Below, piece by piece: positions 62,601-64,000 of a stretch of DNA of 64,000 nt. The notes beneath the pieces were generated by a model. The model saw nothing but the letters and a program-made list of their open reading frames with translations. It had not been told where the DNA came from and made no database searches. Made by a program: the position numbers and the translations under genes. Source of the stretch: Neodothiora populina (taxonomy: Eukaryota); the NCBI RefSeq assembly GCF_041146345.1, contig NW_027191406.1, positions 1,116,001 through 1,180,000 of the forward strand, given 5' to 3'. The stretch's first letter is position 1, and every line of letters starts with the position of its first letter.

Positions 62601-64000
62601 CCGTGGCTGCGACTTTGCTTTGGTCCAGTGCGGCCTGGACGTCTGCGATTCTGGATTCGACACCCGAGAGCTTCGAGTTCTTCTGTTTCTCTAACTCTGA
62701 ATTGAGAGATGATATTTCCTCGGAATGGCTGGTTTTCAGTTGGTCTATCTGTGCTTTTGCGGACTCGGCAGACTTGCGCTGTGTCTCGAGATCCTTTCTG
62801 AGGGCGGCGATCTCTTTGGCGTGGTCTGCTTTCGCTTGCTTCTCACTCTGCATGCGTTGCGTGTCAGCGTTCTTACGCTCTGTTTCGAGTTCCTTGTGGA
62901 GTGCTGCCACTTCTCGGGCACGGTCGGCTTGAGTAGATGCTAGCTCCTGCTTCAGATCGGCTATCTCTTTGGTATGACTGCTGGCTAGATCCTCTTTCAG
63001 AGCAGTAATTGCTTTGGCGTGACTTTCTTCTAGTTGTTTCTTGTCGGATTCGCCCTTGTTCAAAGAGTCTGCGAGTTGTTTTTGTAGGTCGTTGATCTTG
63101 TCCTGTACCCCTGCCATGGCTTTTGCATGTTCAGTTCTCGTCTTGTCGCCTGATGCCAGCTCTTGCTTTTTGGCGTCGTCGAGCTGTGAGTGAGAAGTCT
63201 TGAGTTGTGCGCGTACTTCGGTCAGCTCTCTAGCCTTGGAGGCCTCGAGAGAATTTGCTCTTCGCCTGGCTTTCTCGGCGTCGGCCTTGAGCTGCTTGAC
63301 CTCGGTCTCATGCCCTGCCTTGACGACGGCGACCGTCTCAGCCTCGTCTCGCAGTTTAGCCAGTTCCTTTGCGTGCTCTTCCTCGACGCCTCGTCGCTGC
63401 TTTTCCACGTCGGCGCGTAGCGCACTCAGCTCTTTCGCGTGAACGACTTTGAGTCTCTCGACCTCCTCGATGGCCTCGGCTTTGAATCTGGCAAACTCGG
63501 CCGCTCTTTCTTCGAGTTTGCGAGGAGACTTGTGATGCGTGTCTGTCGGCGAGATGACTTCTTGATTCCGTTCCAGCCTCTCGATCTCGGCCCGCAGTTC
63601 GCGAATCTCGGTCTGCATGACCTCTCTCATGTTCGCCTCGCGCAGCAGGTCGCTCATTATGCGCATGTCCTTTTGTCGTTGCTCTTCTGTCGTGGAGGAT
63701 GTTCCGTTGGATGGGGCGGTCAGGGGACGCCGGGTTTTCGATGGCACCATTTCGGAGCGAGAGCGCATGTGGCCTCGGCCATTGTTCGACGCAAAGTCGA
63801 GATCAGAGGATGCGGCAAACTGGCGGAGTTTGGGTGGTGAGCGCAGGGAGAAGGCTGAGTGGATGGGTTTGAGAGGAGATGTGGGTCTTGAAGTCGACGT
63901 TGGTGCTCTGGATGCCTCGCTCCTAGTAGGGCTGGATGGCGCAATGGACGAGAGCGTGTCCTCTCTACCATCCACACTGGCGCCATCCTCGTCTTTGTCT
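56641..64000 (-). CDS. Giant coiled-coil protein (more than 2400 aa), 5' end outside the window; probable GC-AG intron 57268-57318
   Basis: 7.3-kb open frame rich in E/K/A/L/Q heptads; the frame stays open to the window edge (the ORF-track start is a GTG); no catalytic domain is visible. Confidence 0.88.
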   Translation of the reverse strand, partial: DKDEDGASVDGREDTLSSIAPSSPTRSEASRAPTSTSRPTSPLKPIHSAFSLRSPPKLRQFAASSDLDFASNNGRGHMRSRSEMVPSKTRRPLTAPSNGTSSTTEEQRQKDMRIMSDLLREANMREVMQTEIRELRAEIERLERNQEVISPTDTHHKSPRKLEERAAEFARFKAEAIEEVERLKVVHAKELSALRADVEKQRRGVEEEHAKELAKLRDEAETVAVVKAGHETEVKQLKADAEKARRRANSLEASKARELTEVRAQLKTSHSQLDDAKKQELASGDKTRTEHAKAMAGVQDKINDLQKQLADSLNKGESDKKQLEESHAKAITALKEDLASSHTKEIADLKQELASTQADRAREVAALHKELETERKNADTQRMQSEKQAKADHAKEIAALRKDLETQRKSAESAKAQIDQLKTSHSEEISSLNSELEKQKNSKLSGVESRIADVQAALDQSKVAATDNEKDLQRQIEMKEQDREQLAQIIRDLEIEIDRCQKQLDADNAKIRGESNTLRKAAADAEAATKRMQKEMDALRKQHATDVTEGKGLRKKLEDELAELRNSNEKESEALKHAASEAQGTAETLQQELATLQEQLKAQMAERNAALKASEDILQGMREEADKAQREQNEEVTRAAEKAKTAERLVGSLQAELETLKNLSEKSASERDDEKKTHDSVIADLQTQLEALQREGTDGSQVVESLQGEMHKLQQARTDTESEHASKVKELNAAMEKLQKDAKEFETLNAQLKQEKEEETRQAMVSMEELEEKSRELQERLNESQSATKAKIEELTSTIEAMKKESASIQDHETEASKAKDGELARAQESLVKMQSELERLQQESGEVRERQGDEVKSLQSVVDTLRKELDDATAANEEEAATTTSIVKTLRKEVSKLKHEAKEATQKHDHEAKELSTKIEELQGKASQSAEVQKLVDELQGKLDALQQKFDETNTLHEEKVAQLNKEIEDKSQNLTGKDAEIGGLKAQVEELTAGLDDARAAETEMKDAKIKDLEWQIEELNGSLEVAKSVADEAETKAREGAEAEVARLKQAIDEVGRELNAAKSAADDATLRAEEASQAKISKLKQELEEEIAAIKEGHSQESSTKDLEVTEIHDKVVELEKILESARSAESEADTKAKEAQIQIQNLQTVLEEHRERQDQDTATRDADIVALQQMTSELEGQLDSARTRADRASTEARDALAGMDELQEAIASFERGHAEQAKYSAVKEAEIAMLKESNAELEKKLEAAHTAAEELRVRFEKLQKDLADQKVANEATVSDLETEKQNLEMQISEARHAHASELSILREAHEKEIGELAAKFDNGDGSAPLKELQERHDSLASAKGDLEQLLREAVQRSEIAEKVAQEKGRQIEDLREKYDDLVATKTDLEHVLKEAAEKGYEASQDASEKGRLIAELSSQLATYGASAGDLKERHDFLFKAKDDLERAIGEAHEKGAKQAEDIEELTSKLAAYEASARDLQEKHDFLAKAKDDLENVFGEASQKGAQQADQIEDLTTKLASSEASAREIQEKNEFLAKAKEDLEHVLGEASEKGARQADQIEELNQRLSSLETAKRDLQEKHDFLVTAKDDLEHVLGETSHKRAEQADLIEELERRISELQATSDASASIQADYDALNKEFGKLKTHLANVEKEFTQRHDTLLETHAKEKKELKENYSAPLQNLEEKTATLERQKDEAEYCVIAIRDKHADELLDLQDEHEKEIEALQAKVNKMTVEIAMARDGPSDEVMELKDAHEKELEGLRAKMDELTTANASTGESRSSELIDLQGTHKREVETLQTKVHELTAEATKAREASLSGNSDDESDDWQKELKALKAHVASVQDAHVDEVNALHADYESKLFSLKEELDAAQLKTAELQALHNRAIAELTAEHDKALAAASSRAVETRDIDVDSSTDKEVESTEEADDRVARLRDEFNATLAATEKDHSELLQDREQTVSSLQDQLANALEASETRFSSALHERDEKLSEVQRAHSELLQDREKTISALQAQVDNAAVSTDSYVSPVTHDRDERLANLTTEMSDLRCQLDEARQAIHHSEEDRTDRETFIREMEDLKSKSSDLELALEVARRELETERESLGALRRKLIGAGAGSGVMIGDEDGDLEILDPFAAFSLNVNAGADSDDDMYEEDVDVSVAADSNDALTEGSEEGEIRGVSASAPSILPSSSSNVMNKNGNKSSTSSLSKKRQRKSPKTTLEGTASFFLMIIVFLITNQPQLASLRIQAKQLEDLNEEFLHESSRWVSAAASSTSATNSPRKTAYYRPVSSSSSSLPFSPSSASAAATAAAKAYHAAAASNRRDKEYSHNSGTPLSPFYESHGASNAGLFFGPSLATRDDTAFSPPQAPPTTTNRQQEDKGRENDDISSPIRKQFTPMVFDTPSRRAWQGISSSPGNDVDDSPAELRGRREDAEDEPSEYGSEEGEIRG
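59113..59700 (-). repeat. Four tandem 147-bp (49-aa) intragenic repeats in the coiled-coil gene
   Basis: Units begin DLKERHDFL / DLQEKHDFL / EIQEKNEFL / DLQEKHDFL at 59700, 59553, 59406 and 59259. Confidence 0.85.

Noticed and set aside
1..64000. tRNA, rRNA, CRISPR arrays, intact transposons
   Set aside because: No cloverleaf/T-loop context, rRNA-like tract, repeat-spacer array, or transposase/RT ORF was seen by eye; a tRNAscan/RepeatMasker run would be needed to exclude them fully.

Overview
Gene-dense eukaryotic DNA from a filamentous ascomycete (Pezizomycotina-type short GT-AG introns with CTRAY branch points); the species cannot be determined from the sequence. Housekeeping genes: RAV1-like, TAM41, HUL4-like HECT ligase, RPL15, KAP123-like importin and a giant coiled-coil protein running off the right edge. 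Signalling and enzyme genes: heme-thiolate peroxidase, SIS/KpsF-like isomerase and a hybrid histidine kinase. An accessory-looking block at about 27.5-47.7 kb holds an MFS permease, a P-loop-degenerate NACHT-like gene head-to-head with an AAA+ ATPase, an amidase, a PP2C, a CYP52-like P450, a GH16 and an SRPK-like kinase. The most striking observation is a divergently transcribed pair of tiny paralogous genes (52757-52966 minus, 54890-55084 plus). Both encode Ser-rich peptides with a Cys-rich tail ending in the identical CaaX-containing sequence IPCSVM, a candidate undescribed lipopeptide system. Also found: an intronic box C/D snoRNA in the importin gene, a peroxygenase homolog apparently lacking its distal Glu, and a GC-AG intron. 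All exon structures were worked out by eye and are unverified.
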